Shown in pieces: positions 29,497-40,600 of a stretch of 64,000 bases of DNA; the first letter of the stretch is position 1, and the number at the start of each line of letters is the position of its first letter. Below the pieces are notes generated by a model that worked only from the letters and a program-made list of their open reading frames with translations, was not told the origin of the DNA and searched no databases. The DNA is taken from NCBI GenBank assembly GCA_902542145.1, contig CACBTL010000005.1:5735-69734 (forward strand), given 5' to 3'. The stretch is from an uncultured SAR86 cluster bacterium (lineage in GTDB: Bacteria; Pseudomonadota; Gammaproteobacteria; Magnimaribacterales; AG-339-G14). The position numbers were made by a program, and so were the translations under genes.

Positions 29497-31140
29497 GTGG
29501 ATTCTATAAATTCAGCAATTCTGCTGATTGATAGCTACTTTGGTAGCTCTCCGTGGTTTCCAGCTTTACTTTTGGGAACAGGTATTTTTTTTACTATCTA
29601 TCTTAAATTCCCACAAATCATTTTTTTTAACAGAGCTTGGAAAATTCTTTTTTCTGGAAATAAATATAAAGATAACAAAGGAGAAACCACACCTTTCCAA
29701 GCTTTAAGCACTGCTTTATCCGGAACAGTTGGAACCGGAAACATTGGAGGAGTGGCAATGGCAATCTTCATAGGTGGACCTGCTGCACTTTTTTGGATGT
29801 GGATTACTGCATTCTTAGGAATGACAACTAAATATGTCGAAGTATCTTTAGCCCACAAATATAGGATCTCGTTAGAAGATGGATCTATTGCCGGTGGTCC
29901 AATGTATTACATGCAAAATGGCTTAAAGTCTAAATGGTTGGGAATTATCTTTGCGTTTTGTTTATTAGTCACTACATTTGGCTCAGGCATGATGCCCCAA
30001 ATAGACAATATCAGTAGTACGTTATTTTCCAGTTTTTCTATCCCTAATCTTACGACGTCTATTGTTATGACTATCCTAGTTGGACTAGTGATAATTGGGG
30101 GGCTAAAAAGAATAGCTTCGGTCGCTGCTTCCATTGTGCCAACAATGGCCACAATTTATTTTATTGGTGCGCTGAGTGTAGTTTTTTATAACTATGAAAA
30201 TATCTTTCCTACTTTTCAAATGATATTCAGCGACATCTTTACGGGAACATCGGTAGTCGGTGGATTTTTAGGTGCAAGCATAGCAACGGCTTTCAATTAT
30301 GGAGTTGCTAGAGGGCTATATTCAAATGAGGCGGGGCAAGGTTCAGCGCCTATTGCACATGCTACTTCAAAAACGAAAGAATCTATTGAGGAAGGTTTTG
30401 TCTCTATACTCGAGCCTTTTATTGACACCATTGTGATCTGTACCCTCACCGGGCTAGTTATCCTTTCTTCAGGAGCATGGATAGAGAAATATGAAAACAA
30501 ATTCGAGAGAACAACTTTTTTTATTCTAGAGGGAAGTTTTGATGAAAGTGACTCGGAAGATCTGATCGATTTCTTTCAAGGAAATAATAATTCCATCAAC
30601 CTTCATTCAGGAGAAATAAACATTAAGTCAGGAAGGGTTGAGGGAAATTATACTTTCATAAACAATAGATCGTTCGCAGAAGATATCCTTATCTATGAAA
30701 ATGAAAATCTATTTAACGGTGAAATTATTGTAAAAGATGGTCTTGTTTCATCTGATGTGGATATCGTTGGAAAATCTTTAGTTAAATCCGCTGTGCTGAC
30801 CAGTAAAGCATTTAATAAAGGTTTTTTTGGCGATTATGGAGAATACATTGTTACTTTAGGTCTCTTGTTGTTTGCTTTCAGCACTGTGGTGTCATGGTCC
30901 TACTACGGAGATCGATGCACCATTTATTTATTTGGTAAAGAATACGTTTTTCTATATAGGATTGTTTATATGTCAGCTTTTTTTATTGTTGGTACAGGTT
31001 GGATTGATACAGAAATAATATGGAATTTTGCGCTGATTACTGTTGCTGCGGCTGCATTACCAAATCTAATTGCCATTTTTCTTCTTTCTAAAGAAATGAG
31101 AACTCTTCAAGATAATTACACTCAAGAAAGGGAGAATTGA
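29497..31140 (+). CDS. Alanine/glycine:cation symporter (AgcS/AlsT family)
   Basis: TALSGTVGTGNI.GVA, GGPMYY, RGLYSNEAGQGSAPIAHA, EPFIDTIVICTLT. Confidence 0.94.
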   Translation: MDSINSAILLIDSYFGSSPWFPALLLGTGIFFTIYLKFPQIIFFNRAWKILFSGNKYKDNKGETTPFQALSTALSGTVGTGNIGGVAMAIFIGGPAALFWMWITAFLGMTTKYVEVSLAHKYRISLEDGSIAGGPMYYMQNGLKSKWLGIIFAFCLLVTTFGSGMMPQIDNISSTLFSSFSIPNLTTSIVMTILVGLVIIGGLKRIASVAASIVPTMATIYFIGALSVVFYNYENIFPTFQMIFSDIFTGTSVVGGFLGASIATAFNYGVARGLYSNEAGQGSAPIAHATSKTKESIEEGFVSILEPFIDTIVICTLTGLVILSSGAWIEKYENKFERTTFFILEGSFDESDSEDLIDFFQGNNNSINLHSGEINIKSGRVEGNYTFINNRSFAEDILIYENENLFNGEIIVKDGLVSSDVDIVGKSLVKSAVLTSKAFNKGFFGDYGEYIVTLGLLLFAFSTVVSWSYYGDRCTIYLFGKEYVFLYRIVYMSAFFIVGTGWIDTEIIWNFALITVAAAALPNLIAIFLLSKEMRTLQDNYTQEREN

Positions 31141-31141
31141 G

Positions 31142-32233
31142 ATAAAAATTGAGGCTATTGTTATCGGTGCTGGAGTAGTTGGTTTAGCTGTTGCAAAATC
31201 CTTAGCTGATAAAGGCATCGAAGTAGCTGTCATTGAGAAAGAAAAAAGAATAGGTGAAGGTGCTAGCACAAGAAATTCCGGCGTTATTCATGCTGGTCTT
31301 TATTACTCACCAAAATCTCTTAAAGCTAAAGTATGCTGCGACGGCAGACAGAAGCTTTATGAATATGCAGCTAGAAAAAATATTCCATTTAAAAAAACTG
31401 GGAAGCTAATACTGGCGACTAAAAAAAACCAGCTTGAACAGCTTGAGTCATTATATGAAATTGGAAAAGCTAATGGAGTTCCATTAAAAATTCTCTCAAA
31501 AGAAAAGGTGACGGTACTTGAAGAGGAGATATCGTGTGAAAGAGCAATTTTTTCAAGTGAGTCTGGAATAATAAGTGTGCCAGAATATTTGAGCGCATTA
31601 GAGGAAGACATAAAAAAAACTGGATATGTAGTTTTAGCATCTGAGTTAAAACAAGCTAAAAAAAATAATGAATATTTCGAATTAACTCTTAATTCAAGCG
31701 ATAAAATTCAATGTAATTTTTTGATTAATGCTTCGGGTCTTCATACCGAAGACGTTGCTAATAGAATCGAAGGAATAAAATTACCAAAAATTAAAACTGT
31801 TATGTATGCAAAAGGCCACTACTATCTTTATAAAAAGAAAAATCCTTTTAAGCACCTAATCTATCCTCTTCCTAGCTCAAATGGTCATGGCATTCATGCT
31901 GGAATGGATATTGAAAATAATCTTCGCTTTGGACCAAATGCAAAATGGGTGGATTCCATCGAGTATTCTTTTGATGAAAATACTTTGGAAGAGTTTTGTA
32001 ATTCAATTAAATCTTATTGGATAAATTTTGATCCCTCTTGTTTAACTCCAGATTACACAGGAATCCGATCAAAGATAGTCGCTGAAGGCGAGGGTAGTCA
32101 GGATTTTGAAATTCTTGACGCAAGTGATCACGGACTTGAAAATTTGATTCATTTACAAGGTATCGACAGTCCTGGTTTAACCAGCTCTCTTTCAATCGCT
32201 GCTGAGGTAATGAGTAAATTAGGAATCCACTAA
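31142..32233 (+). CDS. FAD-dependent oxidoreductase, L-2-hydroxyglutarate oxidase (LhgO)-like; start probably non-canonical ATA
   Basis: The frame of ORF 31508 stays open upstream and encodes KIEAIVIGAGVVGLA and STRNSGVIHAG; also KGHY, HLIYP, GIDSPGLTSSL. Confidence 0.85.
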   Translation: MKIEAIVIGAGVVGLAVAKSLADKGIEVAVIEKEKRIGEGASTRNSGVIHAGLYYSPKSLKAKVCCDGRQKLYEYAARKNIPFKKTGKLILATKKNQLEQLESLYEIGKANGVPLKILSKEKVTVLEEEISCERAIFSSESGIISVPEYLSALEEDIKKTGYVVLASELKQAKKNNEYFELTLNSSDKIQCNFLINASGLHTEDVANRIEGIKLPKIKTVMYAKGHYYLYKKKNPFKHLIYPLPSSNGHGIHAGMDIENNLRFGPNAKWVDSIEYSFDENTLEEFCNSIKSYWINFDPSCLTPDYTGIRSKIVAEGEGSQDFEILDASDHGLENLIHLQGIDSPGLTSSLSIAAEVMSKLGIH

Positions 32234-34258
32234 GCTTATAAAGAAGGTAAAGTCTTCCGAAGTCTCTTTTAAAACTGCTGTCTTTCCGCTTAAGCCTCCA
32301 TGACCGCCAATTAAATTAATTCTAAAGAGAATTTTATTGTTCGAAGTTGAGAGTTCTCTTAATTTAGCAACGTATTTTGCAGGCTCGTAGTATTGAACTT
32401 GTGAATCGAATAGCGAAGAAGTTACCAAAATGTTTGGATATGGAAGATTGGATAAATTATCGTAAGGTGAATAACTCTTCATATAGTCGTAATCTTTTTT
32501 ATTATTTGGATTGCCCCATTCATCGTATTCAAAAGTTGTTAATGGAATAGATTCATCAAGCATCGTTGTTACAACATCCATGAAAGGGACCGCAGCTAAA
32601 ATACCTTTATATAATTCCGGAGCTTCGTTCGCTATAGCGCCCATTAATAAACCGCCGGCACTTCCTCCCATAGCGAAAACATTATCTTTATCTCCAAAAC
32701 CTTTTTTTAAACATCCTTGAGTTACATCGATAAAGTCATAAAAGGTATTTTTCTTCTTGTGCATGCGTCCATTCTCATACCATTGTTTACCCATTTCAGA
32801 TCCGCCACGAATATGTGCCAAAACAAAGATAAAGTTTTCTTCTAATAAGGGCACAATGCTGGAACGGAAATTAGCATCAATTATATGGCCGTAAGAACCG
32901 TATCCGTAAAAGAGTACGGGTTTTTTATGTAATGGGATGCTGTTATCTTTGTAAACAAGAGATGCTGGTATTTTTGAATTATCTCTTGATTTCAATGAAA
33001 GCCTTTCGACTTTTAAGCCTTTTGTCTCGCATTTAATTTTTGATTTCCAAATAACGGATCTTCTATCAGAAACCAAAGACTCCTTATAAACAGTCTCTGG
33101 TTTATTGAGCGATGAATACGCAAAACAAAAATAATCAGCTTTTGGATCATGATTGCCTGCTAGAGAAACGTCATAACAAGGCTCATCAAATTTTATGTAT
33201 TCATGAGTCCTGTCTTTGGTATTAATTTTTAATATCCGAGGAAGACCGTTTTCTCTTACATCAAGAAGAATATGATTTTTGAATATTTCGAAATCCAATA
33301 AATATCTTTTTTTACTTTCTTTAAGAATGGTTTTCCATTTTCTAACTTGATGACAAACTGATAAATCAGAATATTTGAGTGAAAAGTTATCCTGACCATC
33401 TATGTTTGTCATGACATAAAAAGTACTATTAAAAATATCTACGTAATATTTATGTTTTTTCTTTCTTTTAAGAATTAATTTCAATAAGGTTGGATTATTT
33501 AATGAGAAGAATCGGACTTCATTTGCATTAGTTTGACTGGAGTAAATAAGACCATATTCTTTATCTCTTGAAATTCCTAAACTGCAATGAAATTGCGGAT
33601 CAGTTTCTTCAAATAAAAGTATGTCGTTTTTCTGAGAAGTTCCGATTGTATGAAGAAAGACTTGATTGCTTGTTAATGTCTTTTCATCTCTTTTAATATA
33701 AATAATATTCTTTGAGTTTTTAGACCATATAAATTGTCCGTCCGTCCCGGAAATTTTATCTGACAGGTTTTTTCCGCTTATTAGATGTTTAACTTTAATT
33801 GTGTATTCTCTGCGTCCATTGATATCTTCAGCGTATGCCAACATTTGGTTGTCTTTGGAAGGTGAGACACCCGAAACTTGATAGAACTTTTTATTTTTAG
33901 CTAATTTATTGATATCTAAAATCAATTCTTTCTTTGAATTTTTTTTCTTTGATCGATAGTATTTTCTATACTCATTTTTTTTTAGGGATTCTGAAAAATA
34001 AAAAAATCCATCTCTTTCAATCTTCAATGACTCATCTTTAACTGGTATGTAACCATTTAGTTTCTTGAAGTAATTTTTAGAAATACTTGATTGGGTTTTG
34101 ATCCAATCATCATGGTAAGCGCGCTCAGTTTTTAAATAGTCTAGAACTGCCTTATTTTTTCTAGTGTCATCTCTGAGCCAATAATAGTTATCAATTCTTG
34201 AGTCGTTATGTTTTTTTAAAACCTTCTTGACTTTTTTAGCTTTAGGTAATGTCTTCAT
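32219..34258 (-). CDS. ptrB: Oligopeptidase B (peptidase S9A)
   Basis: D.YYWLRD, YGYGSYG, GGSAGG nucleophile, EYDEWGNP, DSQV.Y.EPAK, GGHGG. Confidence 0.94.
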   Translation of the reverse strand: MKTLPKAKKVKKVLKKHNDSRIDNYYWLRDDTRKNKAVLDYLKTERAYHDDWIKTQSSISKNYFKKLNGYIPVKDESLKIERDGFFYFSESLKKNEYRKYYRSKKKNSKKELILDINKLAKNKKFYQVSGVSPSKDNQMLAYAEDINGRREYTIKVKHLISGKNLSDKISGTDGQFIWSKNSKNIIYIKRDEKTLTSNQVFLHTIGTSQKNDILLFEETDPQFHCSLGISRDKEYGLIYSSQTNANEVRFFSLNNPTLLKLILKRKKKHKYYVDIFNSTFYVMTNIDGQDNFSLKYSDLSVCHQVRKWKTILKESKKRYLLDFEIFKNHILLDVRENGLPRILKINTKDRTHEYIKFDEPCYDVSLAGNHDPKADYFCFAYSSLNKPETVYKESLVSDRRSVIWKSKIKCETKGLKVERLSLKSRDNSKIPASLVYKDNSIPLHKKPVLFYGYGSYGHIIDANFRSSIVPLLEENFIFVLAHIRGGSEMGKQWYENGRMHKKKNTFYDFIDVTQGCLKKGFGDKDNVFAMGGSAGGLLMGAIANEAPELYKGILAAVPFMDVVTTMLDESIPLTTFEYDEWGNPNNKKDYDYMKSYSPYDNLSNLPYPNILVTSSLFDSQVQYYEPAKYVAKLRELSTSNNKILFRINLIGGHGGLSGKTAVLKETSEDFTFFISLVDS

Positions 34259-34350
34259 AATATTTAATTGTCTTTTATTCTTTGATCTTTATAATCCGCA
34301 ACCATTAAGGATGATTATTTTAAAAACTTTCAATTTCTAAGGAGCTCTAT

Positions 34351-37300
34351 ATGAAATTTTTCCATCACCTCTTAATTGCATTATTTTTATTTTCCGCAAA
34401 CTTTTTTGCTCAATCTGACAATGAAGATTATACGCTCGAGGAGATAATTGTAACCGCTCAAAAAACAGAAAAATCACTACAAGATGTTCCTATTGCTGTT
34501 TCTGCTTTATCAGCTGATGATTTGGCTTTAAGACAAGCAGTAAGATTCACTGATTTGCAACTTAATGTTCCTAACCTAAGTTACTCAGAGACTAACTTTG
34601 GTGGGAGTTCGGTGTCTATTAGAGGTATTGGAAGACTTGCCACAGGAATTTCTTTTGACCAGTCAGTGACCACTCATATAAACGAATCTCCTTGGGGAGA
34701 AAATACTAATGTTGCAACTATGTTTGATATGGACAGAGTGGAAGTACTAAGAGGTCCACAAGGAACATTATTTGGAAGAGGGACTACTGCAGGATTAGTT
34801 AATCTAGTTACTAAAAGACCTTCTGTGGATTCTGGTGTTGAAGGCTATGCTGGTTACACTGCTGGAGAATACGATCTTCAGGTTTTTGAAGGCGCTGTAA
34901 ATATTCCTTTAGATGATAATTTTGCAGTTAGAGCTGCTTATACTCAAACTGAGAGGGATGGATTTACCGAAAATTTATACGCTCCAGTGGGTGGAACGTT
35001 TGATGGAAGAGAACATTACGTAGGAAGAATCTCTTTACGATACGACACAGGAAACACTGTGATCGACTACATGTATCAAGAACACGAAGAGGAAAGTACC
35101 AGAACTTTGAGAACTAATTACGTTTGTACGCCAAGTGCCAATATTGCAAGAGGTTGTACTTTGGATGGAGAGGGTATTGGAATTGCCAATCCTGCGGCTA
35201 CTTACAACGGAATTCTAGCTGCGGTATTTTTAGAATCTGCTCCTTTAGGTGCCAATACGGCTGCTTATACAGCTTTTGGTTTAAATGATGCTCCTAGACC
35301 TGACAATATGACTTTGCGACAGACGCACAGCGATTTTGTTCCAATCTTTGATCGCCAATCTGGAACTCATCAATTAACTATTTCTCACGATCTTGAGAAA
35401 GGAAGGTTATCTTTAAATATGATGAACAGAGAATCTTCTGAATATACAAGAATGGATACAACTCTAGCTGTTGAACCTTTGCTTGGAGCGAAGGTATCTG
35501 ATAATCCTCTCACTTACGTTGGAGGCCTAGTAAGCGTAGACATGTTAGATCATTGTGTAGCAGATCAGTGTGGAACAAAAGGACCAACTCAAGCAGAAAG
35601 ATTAAGCGGTCAATCAGGTAAATACGTTTTACAAACTACCAACAGAAACTCTTTCATTGATGGGTCCAGTAACGAACAACTTACCGAGTATTTAGAGCTT
35701 AAATACAGTTCTGATCTAGATGGAATTTTTAATTACATCGTGGGTGTAAATCATTACGGGCATTACGAAGACGATAGTTACTTAACTTCTTCTTCACCTC
35801 TAACATTGTTAGGGGAAGCTCAATTCTTTGTCCCAACCACATTTGGAAATATCAATGAGTACGCATTAGAAGCAAGCGGTTTATTTGGAGAGCTTTACTT
35901 CGACGTTCAAGATAACTTAAGAATTACTCTTGGATTACGTTACGGGGAAGAAAAGAAAATTAATGACATCGTTACCACTAATTACGGACAAGCAAGAAAT
36001 GTTGGCGCATTTGCAGGCGTTCCTTGGTTATTGGTGGACGGCGATTTGTATAACTGTTTTGAAGGCATTGCTGGAGCATTTGGACTTGCTCCAGATCAAG
36101 CAGTCATCGGTCAAATATTAACCGGTCAAGCAAGTAACGGTTGTGGGGTAGGCGAGCAGGAAACTGTGGATCTATATGGAGTATCTGCGCAAGTAAATGC
36201 TGCTTCAGCAGCATTAGCTGGCGGTATTGCTGCTGCTGGCCAAATTACTGATCCTCAACAACAAGCTCTTGCTACCGGAACAGCTTATGCAACTTATTTC
36301 ATGTCAGTAAAAGACTTAGTTCCAGCGCTTTACGACAGAAGTGAAGATTACAACAAGCCTGGATGGGAGTCGTATCAAAAAAATAAACTTGATTACACAA
36401 CCACTGCAGGAAGATTAATCGTTGATTACGCATTCGGTGATGATTCTCTATTGTACGGATCTTACTCTAGAGGTACAAAACCAGCTGGTATCAATCCTCC
36501 AATTAATCCAAGGATTTATGAAAAAGGTTTGATTCCTGCTAACACAGTTGAAGAGAAAGTTGATTCGTTCGAAATTGGTATCAAGTCAATTTTGCTTGGC
36601 GGTCAAATGCGACTTAACACTTCTTTGTTCTATAACAAATACACCGATATGCAGATATCGAGGATTCTAGCGACCACAACTTTTAACTTTAATATCGATT
36701 CAGAAAACTACGGTGCTGAAATTGAAATGGATTACGTTCCAGCAGCAGCTCCTAATTTAAGATTAGATTTTATGTTTGCATACATTAAAACTAAGATCAT
36801 GGATGATGCGTTAACGATTGATCCATTTAATATTGCTGCCGAAGGCACCAAATATTTTGATGCTAAAAATACTGTCTACAAATGCATCGATTTGTTTTAC
36901 GAAGGTGAAGGTTGTGTTGCAAACACATTTATCGCTGATAAAGATCTTGTAAACGCAGCTCAAACAGTCTTAGCTAGTTTGGATGCTTGGTTGCCGGTTC
37001 CCGGAACTACTCAAGCTGATGGTCATCCGATCTACATGTCCAGGGTAGCATTATCAGCTCTTGGAATACCTACTACGACTGGAGTTAAACAAAGTATTGA
37101 TGGCAATAGACTTCCTAACACTCCTGAATTAACTACTTCTCTAGGTCTTTCCTATAACTTTGAGGTAGGCAACGGTATTTCTGTAGTTCCAAACATTTAT
37201 TACTATTATCAAAGTGATATGTACGTAAATGAATTCAATAACGATATTTACGGAAAAGTTGATGCTTGGGATGAACTTAATATTGGGTTAACTGTAGGAG

Positions 37301-37461
37301 ATATTGAAAACCAATGGTATTTCAGATTTTTCTCAAGAAATGCGCTTGATGAAGATAACATTACTTGGAAATACAACTCTACCGATGTGACAGGAAATTT
37401 CCAAAGTTACTTCTTGAGAGACCCAAGAGTAACTGGAATAGAGTACAGATATAGATTCTAG
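34351..37461 (+). CDS. TonB-dependent receptor 1
   Basis: Signal peptide, TonB box LEEIIVTAQK, plug motif RVEVLRGPQGTLFG, C-terminal YRF. Confidence 0.95.
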   Translation: MKFFHHLLIALFLFSANFFAQSDNEDYTLEEIIVTAQKTEKSLQDVPIAVSALSADDLALRQAVRFTDLQLNVPNLSYSETNFGGSSVSIRGIGRLATGISFDQSVTTHINESPWGENTNVATMFDMDRVEVLRGPQGTLFGRGTTAGLVNLVTKRPSVDSGVEGYAGYTAGEYDLQVFEGAVNIPLDDNFAVRAAYTQTERDGFTENLYAPVGGTFDGREHYVGRISLRYDTGNTVIDYMYQEHEEESTRTLRTNYVCTPSANIARGCTLDGEGIGIANPAATYNGILAAVFLESAPLGANTAAYTAFGLNDAPRPDNMTLRQTHSDFVPIFDRQSGTHQLTISHDLEKGRLSLNMMNRESSEYTRMDTTLAVEPLLGAKVSDNPLTYVGGLVSVDMLDHCVADQCGTKGPTQAERLSGQSGKYVLQTTNRNSFIDGSSNEQLTEYLELKYSSDLDGIFNYIVGVNHYGHYEDDSYLTSSSPLTLLGEAQFFVPTTFGNINEYALEASGLFGELYFDVQDNLRITLGLRYGEEKKINDIVTTNYGQARNVGAFAGVPWLLVDGDLYNCFEGIAGAFGLAPDQAVIGQILTGQASNGCGVGEQETVDLYGVSAQVNAASAALAGGIAAAGQITDPQQQALATGTAYATYFMSVKDLVPALYDRSEDYNKPGWESYQKNKLDYTTTAGRLIVDYAFGDDSLLYGSYSRGTKPAGINPPINPRIYEKGLIPANTVEEKVDSFEIGIKSILLGGQMRLNTSLFYNKYTDMQISRILATTTFNFNIDSENYGAEIEMDYVPAAAPNLRLDFMFAYIKTKIMDDALTIDPFNIAAEGTKYFDAKNTVYKCIDLFYEGEGCVANTFIADKDLVNAAQTVLASLDAWLPVPGTTQADGHPIYMSRVALSALGIPTTTGVKQSIDGNRLPNTPELTTSLGLSYNFEVGNGISVVPNIYYYYQSDMYVNEFNNDIYGKVDAWDELNIGLTVGDIENQWYFRFFSRNALDEDNITWKYNSTDVTGNFQSYFLRDPRVTGIEYRYRF

Positions 37462-37476
37462 AATTATATGTAGATT

Positions 37477-37510
37477 AAAAAACCCCTTTTAGTAACAAAG
37501 GGGTTTTTTT
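37477..37510 (+). terminator. Intrinsic terminator
   Basis: AAAAAACCCCTTT-loop-AAAGGGGTTTTTTT. Confidence 0.9.
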
Positions 37511-37586
37511 ATTCTATTTTTAAATTTTAAAAATAAATAAAATCGTTTTATTTTTGCTTAATTTAAGATAAATTGAACATTCAAAT

Positions 37587-37626
37587 ACCTAAAAAGGGAG
37601 ATTTTAGGTTATTCCTACAAGGACGT
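37587..37626 (+). promoter_or_regulatory. Leader hairpin with AGGGAGA loop plus TACAAGGACGT, CsrA/RsmA-like sites
   Basis: ACCTAAAA/TTTTAGGT 8-bp stem; second site matches UACARGGAUGU at 10/11. Confidence 0.45.
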
Positions 37627-37653
37627 TAAACTCAAAACAAAAAGGGGAATGTT

Positions 37654-40600
37654 ATGAGTGTTAGAAATTTATCTACGTCCTTTCTTGTCCTGACGTTAAT
37701 TTTTACTGGTATAGCCTTTTCTCAAGACAGCGGTCTTGAAGAAGTAACAGTCACAGCGCAAAGACAGGAACAAAGTCTTCAAGACATACCATTAGCTGTA
37801 TCAGCTCTTACTGAAGACGATTTATTTGATCAACAAATTGAAGGTCCCAGCGATCTGCAATTAACTGTACCTAGCTTGAGGTTTGGATCTGACCAATTCT
37901 CTGGTGGAGGTGGTTTCGAAATCAGGGGGGTTACTAACCTTGCTGTTTCTGCGACTGCTGATGCCGGTGTAGCAACTCACGTTAACGATTTAGCTATTGG
38001 ATCTACTACTCTGCAAGATGGTAACTTCTTTGATATGCAAAGAATTGAGGTCATAAGAGGACCTGCTGGAACTTTATTTGGACAAAATTCCGTAGGTGGT
38101 GCCTTGAACTTTATCACCGCTAAAGGTGATACTTCAGGTTTCTACGGTAATGTTAGAGCAGATGTTGGCGATTACGGCAGATTAGGAACTACAGCGGTTT
38201 TTAACATTCCTTTAGATGACAAAGTTGCTTTGAGAATTGCAACGAATACTTTAGTTCAGGACGGCTTAATAGAAAATACTTATAAAGGTTCTGGTGGATT
38301 TCAAAATACAGACAATAGAAATCAATCAGCATATCGAATGACTTTAACCGTTGAAGCTACTGACAACACTACTATTAATGTTGTTCATCAAGGATCTATA
38401 GAAGATTCAAACAGAAACTTATTTGCTGGTACATGGTGTGATCGAGATCCATCGCTCGTTGTCGGTTGTACCCCAGTTGAAGTCCAGAATCAAAAATTTG
38501 AAATTACTCATCCAATGGGTACTTTTGTTGAAAACCTTCTTGTTGCTATGGGAGTGCTTGATTTTACTCCTGTGACAGATATGAGTGGTGCTCCACAAGA
38601 ATTCTGGCAAGTTAATCAAAGAGGAGCTCCTCTTTATCAAGTTGATGAGTACCTCACTCAGCTTATTATTGAGCATAAAATTAATGATGACTTAAGCTTA
38701 ACTGCAGCTGCATCAAGAAAAGATAGAAAATTTTTAAGACAAAGTTCTTATGCATCCCCAACTCTGCAAGCTTTAAGATTTAAAGACACTCCTGCATCTC
38801 CTGGTGGGTTAGTTGTGATGTCTGGTTACAGTCCTGGCAGAGATGGAGGTTTTGCTTCAAATCCTGCAGGATGTGACGATGTCACCGCTGGTTTATATGG
38901 TTTATATGGTGGATGTGTATTAGATACTCTTAGTTATCCAACTGGATTTGACCATTCAAACGCACTGGCTGATACCGATAGTGTCGAAATGAAAATTTCA
39001 TCCGATTACGATGGCAATCATAATTTCTTAATTGGTTTAAATTACACAGATACTTTTTCTGATAATCACTACGATGTTGGAGCTACAGGATTGGATGCAT
39101 TGGCGTATAAACCTCCTTCACTCTATGTAGGACCAACCAACGCAGCTTTGGGTATCCAACTTTATCCATCTCTTTATAGAACAGATTCATTGAATACAAT
39201 TACTTCCTCATCTATTTTTGGAGAGTATTATTTTCAAGCAAGAGAAGATTTAAGATTAACCTTTGGTCTTAGGTACAACGAAGATTATAAAGAAAGTTTA
39301 TCTAGACAGGCTTTTGTAAACGTCGCTGGATATGCTCCTGGAGCAATTTCTGATGGTGCTGCTGCAGCAATAGTTGGTGAATTACCATCTTCTGCTCAAA
39401 CTGATCCGTTGATTGCCGGAATGGCACAAACTGTTGCAGGTCAACAAGCAGGATTACTTCCTGCTGGTGCTGCTGCTGCTTTATGGGAAAGCGTATTTTG
39501 TCCTTCTAACGGCGGATTCTGTGCATTAGCTGGCTCTATACCTGACTACGGTGAAGTTTATAGAACTACAACAGGATTTGATCCTGAAATGGAATTTAGC
39601 TCAACTACCGGTAGATTTGTAGTTGATTATTTCATCAACGATGATTCCATGATGTATGCCTCTATTTCTAAAGGATTTAAAGGTGGGGGTATTAACCCTG
39701 CGGTTGATCCTATAGTTTTCCCTAACGTTCCTCTTGCATTCCCAGAAACAAATGTCTGGAACGTTGAAATTGGATTCAAAAACGAATTTCCTGATGCTGG
39801 CGTAAGATTTAACGCAGCTGTATTTGCATCTCAATTCGATGGATATCACGTAACAAAAATTATTAAGAAAACATCTCTTAACGAAGGTGTTGACGTAGAT
39901 ATTATGGGTGCTGAGTTTGATTTACTATACGTACCACCCTCAGTTCCTGGTTTAAGCGTAAATGCTAGTTTAAGTTTTACTCAATCAACTATTGCTGATG
40001 GCGAATCTGCTCTTGACCCGCATAACCACGATCTTCAACTTACAGGTGGTGGCAAAGATTGGCATTTAATGAAAGATGTTGAATCTGAGTTCTTTATTGT
40101 CAAGAAAGAGGCTCTAGCAGCTATATGGAATTCTTGGTTAACAGAAACTGTAACTGGTGGTGCCGCTACTACTCCTTTAGATGGAATTGTTGCAGCTTCT
40201 GCTGGAACTGTTTCAACTGAAGATCTTATGGCCGGATTAATTCCAGCTGAATTTCACGGTGACAGAACATTAGGTCAACCGACTCCAGTGAGTTACTTAG
40301 TTCCTGCTTTAGGACTTACACCTGCAGAAGGACACTTACCATCATTAGCGGATAGAAGTGCACTTGGAACGATGGCTCAACTTCATGGATTTAATTTGAA
40401 TCCAGCTGCGCCAGATATACAAGATGGTCTTGATTCTGATTTGTCTGGAAACCAATTAGTTCACCCAGACGTAATGGCAAATGTTGGACTTGGTTATGAA
40501 CTTGATGCTGGACCTGTAATGGTTAACTTTAGATTGGACTATTATTATCAAGGTTCTAGATACGTTCGTATCTTCAATCTTCCAAGTGATAAGTTAGATC

